The notes beneath the pieces were generated by a model that was not told the DNA's origin, searched no databases, and saw nothing but the letters and a program-made list of their open reading frames with translations. Below are positions 38,102 through 50,790 of a DNA stretch of 64,000 bases, piece after piece. This DNA is from Monocercomonoides exilis PA203 (lineage: Eukaryota > Protista > Preaxostyla): contig LSRY02000049.1 in the NCBI GenBank assembly GCA_001643675.2, positions 248,001-312,000 on the forward strand, in the 5' to 3' direction. How positions within the stretch are numbered: position 1 is the stretch's first letter; each line of letters begins with the position of its first letter. Both the position numbers and the translations under genes were made by a program.

Positions 38102-41100
38102 ATGCTTCAACCGAAAATGGCACTTCGCTTTGCATTTATCGCGCAGCTGCTGACTTTTTATTTTGCATTGGAGGTTCATCAGGGAAAATCAGTCGGGCCA
38201 CTGGGATGCGGCAGCTGCGAAGCACCGCAGAAAACAGTTGCAAGCGAAAGGCCGAGCATGTTTTATTGCTTGAGCAAGCACAAAGCAACAACCCCAATAT
38301 TGTGCGAATGCTCCCATTCCAATGAGCATTCGAAGCTCCTTTCATCCTTCGAGATGAGGAATTCAAGCGTGGAATTGGCGCATCTGACTATGAGAGCAGC
38401 AGCACCTGAAGGGATAGCAACACTGCTGCAAGACTCTATTCTGCGTGTTTGTTCTTCGATCATCGAGCCGTCAGCAATTGCTGCACAGTCGTTGTTTTGC
38501 TCTGCTGGTGGAGAGTTCTTGCTGTGGAACATGAGTCTTTCACTCTCGCCAGTCGCAAATCACATCCCAACCTTCGTTGCATCCGCGCATGCTCGCGAGG
38601 CATCAGACATTCAGAGTTTCATTTTTGCATCCCAGTGTTCGTTCTCTTCCTTCACGTTTTCACCAACAGCGCCTCTTCTGGGAAGCTGCATGATGCGAAG
38701 TGTATTTTTGGACGTGTGCAGCTTCTGCAATGTCACTTCAAATACCGAACCTGCCAGCACCAGTTATTCAACAGCAGTGCAGACAATGATGCAGAGTTGT
38801 GTTTTTGAAGAAGTGTCAGCACCATTTGATGGAGGAATAACAAATGGATTGCATTCGCTTTCGAGATTTGCAGCACAGAACTGTTCGTTTTCCCACTATT
38901 ACCCAGCCTCGTATACTCACACTTACACAGATCCACAAAATTTTACCACAAACGAAACAATTCTATTTGAAGACTGCTTATTTACTGTAAGTGGAAATTA
39001 TGCACTTTATGTGAAAGATGCAACAAACGTGACAATTACCGAATGCTCTTATACGAATTGCTTGTGTGGAGCAATTTGCTTCTTTTCAGTAAAGCATTCA
39101 ATGATCTCTTGTACCGATTTTTTGAACAATTCGTATAGTTCATGTGGAGGATCAATAGGCATTGATTTATCAAACAATGCAACTGTTGAAAAATGCATCT
39201 TTGAAAATTCCACTGCAGGTCGTGATGGAGGAGCAGCACATGTTAATAGAGGGTCCCAACTTAAACTATTTTCGTGTATTTTACAAAATTGTTCTGATTC
39301 AGCCACCATTAATTATTATGGAGGTGGGGCGTTGTGGTTTGGTGATGCAGGGTCAAATTTGATAACAGATTGCTCATTTTCATCGTGTTCGTCAAACCAA
39401 AAAGGGGGAGCAATACTGTTCTCAAACGATAATGGAAATTTAACGATTCTCCCTTCATTCATCAAATATTGCTATTTTGAAAACAACAGTGCAGAAAACG
39501 GAGGCCATGACATCTGCATTTTGGATAAATGGGTGCAGATAATAACAAATGAATCGTTTGTTGAATGCCGAACAATGACAGCCAGAGCTTGGAGGATTGT
39601 GAATGATTCAAGCGATGTGAGCGGATGGATGGTGTCTGGGTTCTTTGAGGAGATAAAAGTGAATGGAGAGGAAGGGATTGACCACAAGGCATGCGGGCTG
39701 AACGAGAGGAAGTGCAAGACGATCTCGTTTACGAAGAGCGTGGTCGACCTTTCGAAAAGCACGCCGATTGCCATCTGGGTTGATCCGTCGACATATGTTG
39801 AAGGCAGCTATTCTGTGGATTCGGCCAGGATCGAGTTTGGAAACACAGGAGGCGGAACAGTGACCGTTGCTTCGTCCATTTCTTCGGGGTCGCTGTTTTC
39901 TGTCTCAACAGGATCGCTGAAAGTCGCCTCGTTTGACTTTTTGCACGACACAACCAGATCGTCGAAGGCCTGCTCGCTTTTCAGGCTGACATCGACAGGA
40001 ACGCTGGTTCTGGAAGGATGCAGCATCTGTGTGGATGGGACAAACACAGCAGAACATGCGCTTGAGGAGTCGCTGATTGTGCTGGAGGGTGGGAGCACAC
40101 GCATCGAAAGGACGAGAATGGGGCCTTTGTGGCTGAGCTCGAAAGCAGCGATCAGGTTTTCTTCGGAGTGCATGGTGAGTGTGGTGAACACGAGTGTGTG
40201 TGGTGCAGGAAGGCAAAGTGGAAGCGGGGGAGGGATTGAAGGGGTGGTTGGGACAGGGAAAAGGGTGGAGATTGAAGGAGGGGAGGTGAGCGGGTGCAGC
40301 TCGAGGAGTGGGAATGGGGGTGGGGTTGCGGTGAGGATGCAGGGAGGGTCTTCGTTGCGGATGGTGCGAACAAGGGACGAGGGAAGTGGAAGTTCGTTTG
40401 CAGGCTGCACCTCGCAGGCAGGGGGAGGATCAGGCGGGCTTGGCGGGGGTGTGTATTTGGAGGCTGAGGAACGGGCTGTGCCGGATGTTGAAATCCGCGG
40501 AGCAGTGTTCTCGGGGTGTGTGGGAGTGCATGGATCGAACATATTTGTGAGGGGAGACGATCTCTCAGGGATTGTGCGGAAAGACCTGATTGAGCTTGAG
40601 GATGGGGCAGTGGAGGCAGGGCTGGCAGAAGGGTATGAGGGGTCAACAACGAATGAGGGGTTTGTGATTCCGCTGGTTTCGTATCTCCGCACGTTCACAC
40701 CGCCTGGGCATGTGGCAGGGGCAGGAGGCCACAATTTCACTGGATGTGGACACCCGAGCACCCCCTGCTCCACCATCGAGTATGTGCTTGCGCTTCGGTT
40801 TGGGAGCGGAGCAGGGGAAGTGTGCCTGGCAGGATCGTTTGTGATTGACCATGTGCTTGCGATTGATGAGCAGCCAATTGCCTTTTCGGCAGAGCAGGCG
40901 GGGATGCAAGTGAGGATAAGCGAAGACATCGGGGGTGCAGGGGAGAGCATCATTTGTTCGAGCAAAGACTGTTCGTTCTGTGGGATGTGCTTCGTGGTGC
41001 CACAGAGGATGAATGTGCACATAGAATCTGTGCTTCGATGCAACGACATGGAGCTGGTGCTTTCAGAGTGTGGATTTGGGACAGAGGGAGGCACACTTGG

Positions 41101-44100
41101 AATGGCGCTGGCTGTGGTGGTGAAAGGGTGTCTGAAGATGCAGAAGCTGGAGCTGAACGGGCTGACGTTCAGCACGCGGGCAGCATTTGAGATAAGAGGG
41201 AGCGGATCGAGCTGCATTTGCGAGGAGCTGAACTGGACAGACATCACGATGGAGTGGACGAATTCTGTGGTGAAGGTGTCAGAGGGTGCTTCGCTGGAGA
41301 TAAGCAACTCAGTGGTTGACGGAACGAGCGAAGAGGCAAGCAGTGTGATTGAGGTGTTGGGGGGAGCAACGCTGAGTGTGAGGAGCACGACGCTGGCGAG
41401 GATCGAGAGGCAGAAGGGGAGTGGAGGAGCGGTTTTGGGGAGAGCAGGAGGAGGGAAAGCGACAAGCGTGCAGAACACCACGTTTGAGGGGTGTGTTTGC
41501 AGAGAGGCAGGGAGGATGGAGGGAGGCGGGGTGTGGATGGAGGTGGAGAATAGCGGAACACTGGCATTTGGGAACAACACAGTGAAGGGGTGCAGTGTGG
41601 ACGAAAGCGGGGGAGCAGGCGGGGGCATGTATCTGAGGCTGGGGAGAGCGGGGTAGAATACTCGATGAAGCAGGTTGTGTTTGGGGGGAACAAGGCGGAG
41701 GTGGGGAGGGATGTGTATCTGGTGTGCAAGAACCCGCGAGACATGATCACGAGCCAGCGGTGGGAAGGGTCTGCGAGGAAGGAGGAGGAGGAGGAGAACA
41801 AATGGGTGGTGGACAGGGAGGTGGAGCCAGGGATCAATGTTTCTGTGCTGCACTATCTGTTCCCTCCGAAAATCAACATTGTGTACGTGAAGAGTGGTGG
41901 GAGCAGCGACTTGATGTGTGGAGATGATGTGGAACCATGTGGGGATCTGATGTTTGGGTTTGGGAAGATGCGGACAGATCAGACGACAGTTCACATTGTT
42001 GACTCGTGCACATTGAATGCGTTGCTGGATCGGAACGGGCAGTCAGTCACGATCCGGGGAGAGTCTTCGGCGGGTGGGTCGTTGTTTGAGGTGGGAAGGA
42101 ACGGGGGATTTGTGCTGGTGATGAGGGATAGTTCAGTATCGCTGATGCTGGAGCATCTGCAGTTCGGCCTGCCAGGAGTGTCTTCAGTTGGGCAGATGAT
42201 ACGCATCGAAGGGGGAAAGCTGTTTGTGGACGAGTGTGCATTTGGAGGAAGCTGGGCAGGAAGGAGCGCCACAGACATGTGGATTGTGAAGGGGAGCGAG
42301 GGAGCGGTGCAGATGACAAAAACGAGGATGTTGGATCTCTCGTTTTCGGGGGGAGGGGGATTGTGTGGACGAGGGGAGGGAGCTTGGTGGTTGAGGAGGG
42401 AGACTGGACGCGGATGGAAGGGAATGAGCCTCTTGTGAACATTACGGATTGTGAGAAGGTGGAAGTGAGAGGGAGCAGTGTGGTTGAGGAATGCAAGACA
42501 GAGGCAGGGGAAGGAGGGTTTCTGAGGTGTAGCCTGACTGCAGGAGGGAAAGTAATAGTTGCGAACAGCACCATCAGAAATAGCGGGACAAGGGCAGCAG
42601 GCGGGAAAGGTGGCGGGGTGTATCTTTGCTTCTGCGAAGGATCAGGCAGCGACTATCTGTTTGAGAACACAAGATTTGGAGGGAATGAGGCAGCGTTCGG
42701 GCAGGATGTATTCATTGTGTGCGACAGCCTGAATGCCACTGTGGATGTGTCGAAGTTTGCGATGGCGCTGACAACAGCCGAGGGGGGGAGGACAGCAGAC
42801 ATGATGGGGTGCGACCGGAACCACTTCAGAGAGGCTGCACAGGATCTGTATCTGTTTCTGGTGCAGTATGAGGCGCCTGCGATTGCTGTCTCTCCAAGCG
42901 GATATGACATGGTTGGGTGCGGAAGTGAGAGCTACCCGTGCTGTTCGCTGTGGAGAGGGCTGAGGAACATCCAGGCTGATGCTGTGCACAAGAGCCTGAC
43001 AATCAAGTCGGAAGCGTTGGTTGACCATTGGCACGAGCTGACATCCTTTTCTGTGGCATCTGCAGACGAAGCGAGCAAATGCACGGTTGGTGTTTGCGCA
43101 GCCATTTTGGGTGGGGTGTCTGAGGCTGTCTTGCTGAACAAGGGGAATCTGAGGCTTGAGCGGATTGGATTTTCTCTGCCTCTTTTGTTCACTTCTGGGC
43201 AAGCTGGGCTGCTTCTGTCTGCCTCTTCACAAGAAGAGGGGCTGACTCTCTCCGACTGTTCCTTCTCTTTTGTTTCTTCTTCTCCTTCTCATTCTTCTTC
43301 TTCTTCTTCTTCTGTGAATGCAGAGTGCGCGTATTATCTGATCCATTCGAATGGAGGGACAGTTTGGATGAGCTTGTGTTCGTTTGAGCCGCAGATGTTT
43401 GGAGCAGTTCCGCTGGCGATTGCTTCAGGGTTTTCGGCCACCCGCTGCCAGTTCAGGGGAGTGGAAGCAGCGAGCAGCGTGGAAGGCGGGTGTGTGGCAT
43501 GCCATCTGTCAGCAGGGCAGGCGCTGCTTGTGGAGGGGTGTGTGATGGACTCGTGCAAGTGCTCAGAAGTGTCGGGGAGAGGAGGGTTCCTGTTTGTCGA
43601 CTGTGCGCTGACTGATGCAGCCCAGCCGCTGAAGTTCAAGGATGCGACGTTCGGCAACAACAAGGCCTTTGTTGGGAAGAGTCTTTTGTCAAGGCAAAGG
43701 CGCTGAACACGACTATCACAGGCGCAGCATTCGAGTTTGACTATTCGGGGCTGAGCAGCGATGGGAATGTGTTTGCTGGTACAGACAGCCAGTTTGAGGA
43801 CACAGACCTGTTCCGCTTCCTGGTTGGGCTGTTGTCGAGCACGATTTTTGTTTCGAGTGCAGGAAGCGATGTGATGCGGTGTGGGTCAGAGGAGGATCCG
43901 TGCCAAACATTGTGGAAGGGGCTGAGCCATCTGGAGGAGCATGCAGAGGCAAAGAAAGTGCATCTTTCCGGCTCTTTGGGAGTGGTAGATGCATGGGATC
44001 TGTCGAACTGCTCGGTTGGAGCAGCGCCTTCAGGGTCAGGAGAAGCAGCAAGAGCGTTGCTTGTTCTGCAGAAGCCTGGGGGTGCAGGATTGAGCGAGGG

Positions 44101-47100
44101 GCTGTTTGCGAATTGGTGGAGCCTCTCGTTCACAGGGGTTGATCTGTTCCTGGATGGAACGCTGGAGGATGCGTCGGGGGTTGTGATTTGGAGCCACAGT
44201 GGGTTGCTGGGTGTTGCAGGATGCTCGTTGGCAGCAAGCAGCTCAGCGCACTTCTCAGACGTGAAGTTTGTTGCTGTGCATGGCGGGGCGCTGGTGCTGA
44301 CTGACTTCGGGGCGGCAGGGCTGAACTTCGAAAGGGGGCTGGTGGAGGTGTGGGGCGGGTGCAGCTGTGCGATGGAAGGGGTGGATCTGGCGAATGTGAC
44401 AGCGAACGGGGGGATTGTGAGCTATGCGGATGGAGCTGGGGAAAGGGAAGGTGCAAGGGGAAACGAAATGCCGAGTGTGGTGATAAACGGGAGTTCGTTC
44501 CGGCGAGTGACATCGTCGAACAACGGGTCGAGTGTGTTCACAGACACATCGGCAAGCGTGCTGGCGATGAAGATCAACAGCAGTGTATTTGATGTGTGCC
44601 GGTCGGAGATGTCAGAGGCAGGAGGGGTGATGGCGTATGTGCTGGGGGCGAGCGGCCGGTACGAGATGAACAACAGCGAAATCACGAACTGTGGGTGCTC
44701 TCCCACAGCTGGGAGGGGAGGCGGGGTGTATCTGAAGGCGGTGGGGCAGGGGGCGCTGGACTTTGTGTTCAAGGGGTGCCTGTTCAGAGGGAACGGGGGG
44801 TGGAAGGGGCGCGACATATTTGTGGAGTGCAGGCGGATTGCAGAGCAGATCAACGAGACGCAGTTTGTGCTGGATCTGCGGCCGGAGGTGTACAACCGGT
44901 TTGATGCGATCTACGGGATCGATGAGGAGAACTATGTGCCGGTGGATCTGATTGAGTATGTGACGATCTACCAGCAGAGCACGATCGTTGTGTCGTCGGC
45001 GGAGGAGAAGAACGGGACGAAGGGGAGGCAGTGCGGGAAGGTGGAGGAGCCGTGTGTGTCTGTGGGGTGCGGGCTGGAGCATGTGATCATGGACTTTGGG
45101 TCGAGGCTGCTGGTGGATGAGGAGAGCGAGATCGAGAGGGAGTGCGAGATTGGGGGGATGGAGATGAAGTCGATTTCGCGGGAGAAGGCGAAGGTGGCGT
45201 TCAGGGCAGTGCAGAGCAAGACGCGCGAGTGGATTGTGAGTGTTGGCAGCAACACCGCGTTTGAAGGGCTGTGCTTTGTTGTGCCTGCTGATTGCAGCTG
45301 GCAGCATGGGGTGCTGTTCAGGGCTGTGTCGGGGCGCAGCTCGTTTGTGCTGTGCGAGTTCTGTGGCGAGGCAGGGAGTGCTTCAGAGTCGCCTGTGCTC
45401 ATTTGCGGGTGTGGGAGCGAGGTGTCTGTGGAAGAGACGAAAGTGAGGGACCTGCACTGCACGAGAATCATGGGGTGGGAAGGGGGAAGGCTGCTGGTGC
45501 GGGAGGTTGAGGTGGAAAGAGTCAGCACAGCCAAGAGCGCATTCATGCTGAAGGGGACAAGCGGGTCAGTTGAGAAGCTGGGTGCCTCGAACAGCATTGT
45601 GGAGAGCGGGAGCTTGTTTGAGATGGGCAACGATGCCTCTGCAGCTCGTGCGAAAGAAAACAGCGCATCTTCATCAACATCAGAATTTGGATTTGCGCTT
45701 GTTGAACTGGCGAACATCACTTCATTGGACTCTCCATCGTGCTTCGAGTGCTGCTCAAGGGGGTGTCGGCTGGAGATGACCAACTGCACAGTTTCTGGGT
45801 GCTCTTCGGGTGCTGCTGGGCTTGGAAGTGCTGCATCGTTCACAGGATGCGAAGAGGTTTGGATGAAGAACTGCTTGGTCGAAGGCAGCGGAGGAGGAGG
45901 AGGAGGAGGCGTGCGAGAGGAATGTGGAGCAGAGGCACAGGGAAGGGAAGGGGGATGCGAGGTGTGCAGATGGAACGGGTCGCTGATGAGCTTCGAAGAC
46001 AGCAGAGCCACCATGAGCGACTCGACAATATCGAACTCGCCAAGCGGGGGTGTTTCGGTGCTTCGAGCGAACATTTCAGTGGCAGAAGGCAAGTTCAGCG
46101 GGAACAACCCGATGATCCGCAATTACTCGTCAGTGCGAAGAAACATGATGTGTGGAGAATCGGGGGTGGTGGAGATTGCGAGCTTGAAGGGCGGGGATGG
46201 GTGGCTCCCAGGCACATCGATGTGGATTCTGAGCGAAGGGTGCGAGCTTTCGGGAATTGCAGCAGAAAGGCAGTCTCCGTTCTTTATTCCAGAGTTGCAC
46301 TCGGTTTTGGCAGAAGAGTCGGGAGGCGAAGTGAAGCTGACTTTCAAGGGCGCTCTTCTTCTGCCGTGCAACCTGTCCTTCAAGATGAAATCGAGGGTTG
46401 GGGATGTGGATGTGATCGACAAATACGAGTTCAGGTCGGAAGGGTATTTGCCTGAGGCCGCAGTTGTTGGGGAAGTGCCGCTGTCTGCAGTTGCATCGGC
46501 CTCTGACGAAACAGAAGTGCTGGCTGCGATTCTTTGTGGATATCAGAATGTTGCATTCTCAACAGCCGCTTTTGCTATCAAGAACAAGACTGATCAAAAT
46601 TCAGGTGTGCCTGAGAATCTTTCTGAAGGGGACATAAAAACGACAACCTCATGGATTTTGATTGTTTGTATTGTGATCGTGGTAATACTGTTAATTGTAT
46701 TAATAATATTCATTGTTCGATGGAAAAAGGCAAAGGATGAGAACAAAGATCTGAGAGAAATAGTGAATGATAACATCAGAAAAGATCCGAAGGCATTTGA
46801 GATGGTGACGATGGAGATGTCACCAGAAGAGCAGTGGAGGAGAGCAGAGAAAGAGGAAGAGAAGAAGAACGAAGAGAGGATCAAGAAAAGGGTGTATGCG
46901 AAAAGTCTGCAGCATTCAGAATCATCAGAGCACCTATTGAGTGAGAGTGGCTCTACTGAATACATTCTGGGAAGAGATTCAGGCAAGATCCCTCAATGGA
47001 TTCTGGAGAAAGATGAAGAAGAAGAAGATGATGTTTCGAGAAAGCGAACATCATCACCATCCATCTCATCCACTTCATCCACAGATACGACCGATTCTGA

Positions 47101-47974
47101 TTCAACTTTTGTTCGAGGGGAGGATCTATGCCCAACCACCTCATCAATGTCAAACTTGGTGGATGCAATGGCCTGCTCATCTCCCCATGAGAAGCTGATT
47201 GTGGATCTGAGGGATTCATTGTTTATGCTGCTTCATGGAAAGAATGAGAAAAAGGAGATGGCAATTGGATCATTGAAGGAGAGGGAGCAGACAGCTGCTC
47301 AGATCCTGTTCTGGGTGGCGAATGGGGCACTTCACTCGTTTGATGAATGCGAAGTGCCGCTTCAGTCACTGACAAATCTGAGTCCACACATTGTGCTGTT
47401 CTCTGAGCACATGGTGATCACAATAGCGATGCACTCAGACTGCTCGTCAGAATCGGATTCAGATTCATCCTCCATCTCTTCGTCAACTGTTGTAACATCA
47501 ACAAGTGATGATGATGACAGAGACTCACTGCCCTCGTCTGCCTTTGAGGATGAGGAAGACAGCAAGAACGAGTGCATGAGGTGGAAAGCGCCAGAGCTGC
47601 TGAATGGAACAAAGAGCCAGGGATCGAAGAAGACAGTTGTGTTTTCGATTGGGATGATGCTGTGGGAGTGTGTGACGCTGAAGATCCCGTTTGGGGAGTA
47701 TGAGGCAGTGGTGGCGGGGCAGAAGATTCTGAATGGGGAGAGGCCGAACTGCTCGAAGGCGAGCTCGTCGTATGACGAAGTGATCCTGGCAGCGCTTTCA
47801 GAAGACAAAAAAGCCAGGCCGACGCTGATTGGGATGAAGCGGGAGCTGTTGGAGCACTTTCCGGCTGGAGCTGTGACATTCACCGTTTCGGATGCGATCA
47901 CATACGATGGAGATTCGAATGTGAATGTTTCTGAGCTTCGACGCCTTGCATCTTGCTCTGGATCAAATCAATGA
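38102..47974 (+). CDS. Giant type-I membrane protein: signal peptide, beta-helix (GGA/FxxN, pectin-lyase/Pmp-like) modules, one TM, cytoplasmic TKL-like pseudokinase; three apparent frameshifts
   Basis: Four consecutive ORFs share the same repeat grammar, with six CGxxxxxC modules. TM WILIVCIVIVVILLIVLIIFIV. Kinase C-lobe motifs MRWKAPE, VFSIGMMLWE, IPF, GERP, RPT. Adding one base at each of 41641-44 (G4), 42355-59 (G5) and 43684-87 (T4) gives a single ~3291-aa ORF. Confidence 0.85.
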
Positions 47975-48968
47975 AAGAAGATGAAATTGGAAAGGAAAAA
48001 AAAAGAGCAATCAAATTATGTTTGTGTTGTCTGTGCAATTATTGTCAAAGCATTAATTGCATGTAGCTGAATGAAGTTTTTCGTTTGGGATTTTCAGATT
48101 ACAGCAAAGCAAAAGTTCGAATGGCTGCTTGAACATTTTGTTGATATGCTCATATGTAACAATCCAGCAATTACATTTCATCGCGATCATGTGAGCTGTT
48201 TTGTGGATGTCCTGTGAATATGCATTAATCATGTGAACTATTTAGAATTGAGTAATAGTTTTTTGTTTCAATTTTTTCAGTTAGATTAGTTTTTTGAAAC
48301 ATTTTTTCAAGCAGGGTTTTATTTTTTTTTATTCAAGAATATTCACTATTGTTTTTTTAACAACGCCAGCAAGCACGATGCAACTGGTTTATGAAGTATT
48401 CTTCTCCATATTTCTTCGTTCATAATAATATGTAGTTTTCTGTTTTTTTAACAAAATCATCTTCGACACACATCACATAAACAAATTGATTGAGAAAGAA
48501 TTTCTGAATTATTAAGAAACATCAAATGTATCAAAAGTATGCAAATTTTATTATTAAACTTTCAGTGTAACTAAGCTGTTCATTTGGATTATTGGATGAA
48601 AGATACTCAAAGAAAAAAATCCACTTTCACATGAAAAATTATCATTCAGAAAAGTATTCACTCCATTCTTTTTATCCAATATTTTTTTTCATAATAACTA
48701 CAATTTGTATGTGAAAGACAAAGTATTTAACTCAAGGGAGAAAGTTTCATGAAAAATGTATTTGAAAAAAATTTTTTTCGAAAAATCATTTTCTCCACAT
48801 CTTTGGGGAGGGGGGGGGGGGAGGAGGAATTTTTTTTTTCACTTCTAAATTATACACCAAAAATAATTCATATTCGAAAAAAAATAATTCAATTTCGGAA
48901 ATAATAATTCAAAATCGAAAATTAATAATTTGAATTCAGAATTAATAATTCAAATTCGTAATTTATTA

Positions 48969-49635
48969 CAGATATCGCACAAAATACCGGACAAGATCGA
49001 TTTCACAATAACTGCAAGAGGAATAATTCTGACAATTTTCCTCAAAATATACCTCATCAATACAAACATATTTGATACACAAAACTTTCAAAAAAGCCTC
49101 ATTTGTGCTCAGAGAAAATTAATTTTGGAATCTCGGAGAAATAAAATATGGGTGATTATTTTTGAAATCATATTTTTTCATACAAAAATTTCTAATCAAA
49201 TATTTTTCTTGAATATCAATTAATAAACTGGCTGATCCTTTTTGAAATCATTCTTTTGTTCGAGTTTTGATCAAAATTATTATCTCAATGGGATTTTTAT
49301 TGAAATGAACAATATCGGAAAATACAAACATCTTATGTCGATATATTCAAGGAAATGTGTTTTTTCAAAAAACCCATTGAGATAAAAAGTTTGATCAAAA
49401 CTCGAACAAAATAATGATTTAAAAAAGGATCAGCCATATTGAGTTTCTCCGAGATTTAAAAACTTATTTTTCAAAGGCACAGTCTTCATGAAAATGAATG
49501 TCCAGCATACCAAATGAGTTTGTATCGTTAAGATATATTTGGAGGAATATCATCAGATTTTCTCTTTGAATGGTTATTGTGAAATCGACCTTGTCCGGTA
49601 TTTTGTGCGATGTTCGGTATTTTTTGCGATATCTG
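48969..49635. mobile_element. Tc1/mariner-like MITE with TA duplication, nested in 48855-50387
   Basis: TA|CAGATATCGCACAAAATACCGGACAAG ... TGCGATATCTG|TA, with ~180-bp imperfect inverted arms. The empty site (single TA at 50273-74) is visible in the other arm of the host element. Confidence 0.88.
49150..49435. mobile_element. GG(G/C)TGAT-ended MITE(s) at the centre of 48969-49635
   Basis: 49230-49435 has ~65-bp TIRs (GGCTGATCCTTTTTGAAATCATT...). A second left end GGGTGATTATTTTTGAAATCAT lies at 49150. ATAT flanks both outer ends. Confidence 0.75.
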
Positions 49636-49715
49636 TAATACGATTTCGAAAAAGAATAATCCGATTTTGAAAATTAATAATTCATTCTCGAAATTCATTT
49701 TTAACTGAAAATTAT

Positions 49716-49717
<2 letters not shown>

Positions 49718-49751
<34 letters not shown>
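49718..49751 (+). repeat. poly-T tract
   Basis: More than 30 consecutive T. Confidence 0.9.
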
Positions 49752-49752
<1 letters not shown>

Positions 49753-50685
49753 GATGGATTTGGGAAAATGTCAAGTTGTTAATTAATCAATCAAATTTAA
49801 TTACTCAAGAAAAATGTTTTTTAATTTGAAACAATCATAAAATCAATTTATTGATAAAAGTTTTTTTTCAAAAATCATCACTCTGATGATAAGTTGATTG
49901 CAAATAATTCATTATTTTGAATTATCTGAAGGAAATAGTGAATTTTCAATCACATTTATTGAATTTCAATATAAAAGAATTTTTTGCCAATGATTTTTTT
50001 TTTTATTTCTTTGGTGAATTTTTAAAAAACTTCGATTTTTTTAAAATGAAAATGAATTCGCTTTCTTTTCAAATTAACTTCAAATTATAACATTTTCTAT
50101 CAAAATGAATGTCATTTTTTTAAGGAAATGCATAATTTTTTAAATATTAAAGAACAAAGTGTGCTCACGAGATTAAAATCTAGAGTATTTTGACAGCAAA
50201 ACATAAGTTATTCATTCCACAAATCACAAAAATTCTCGTTTCGAAATCGAATAATTTTTTTCGAAAATGAATTAATAAATTACGAATTTGAATTATTAAT
50301 TCTGAATTCGAATTAAAAATTTTCGATTTTGAATTATTTTTATTCGAATATGAATAAATATTTTTAGAAATAGAATTATTTTTGATGTATATTGAACAAA
50401 CCCCAAAAAATACTCTCTTTAGCGCTAACCATCTGTTGAAGAAAAAACAATGCACATTATTCACCAAAAAATATTTAGACAAGTTCTAACAGTGAGATTT
50501 TCTGATTTTCGAAAAAAAACTCGAATTTTCGAAAAAGTTCTGTTTCCATCCACAATATTTCACAAAAATAGAAACGATAACATTGTCAAATTTTAGCTTT
50601 TTTTCGATTGAATTTTCATGGGAAGGAATATATTTCTGTTAAATCTCAAAGATTCTTATCACAACTTGAAAATGAAACTGAAGGT

Positions 50686-50790
50686 GGGTGATCCTTTTTT
50701 AAATCATTTTTTCGTTTTCGTTAAGACCGAATATTTAATCTCGATGAGATTTTTGTTAATATGAACTGTAAGGGTAAATTCACCCATATA
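50686..50790. mobile_element. Left half of a GGGTGAT-family MITE, interrupted by the pogo-like MITE
   Basis: GGGTGATCCTTTTTTAAATCATT...ATCTCGATGAGATTTTT...ATGAAC aligns to 49230-49310 and ends at the TA before 50791. Confidence 0.65.

Larger units (their letters stand above)
48855..50387. mobile_element. CAC-ended non-autonomous element with long 21-nt-periodic inverted arms, TA flanks
   Basis: TATA|CACCAAAAATAATTC...; the right end reads GAATTATTTTTGATG|TATA. Left arm 48855-48968 plus 49638-49700 mirrors ~50240-50387. Confidence 0.7.

Noticed and set aside
39808-41994. 728-aa antisense ORF, and similar ones such as 1539-2882 and 44968-46122
   Set aside because: Shadows of the codon bias of real genes on the opposite strand; no independent motifs.
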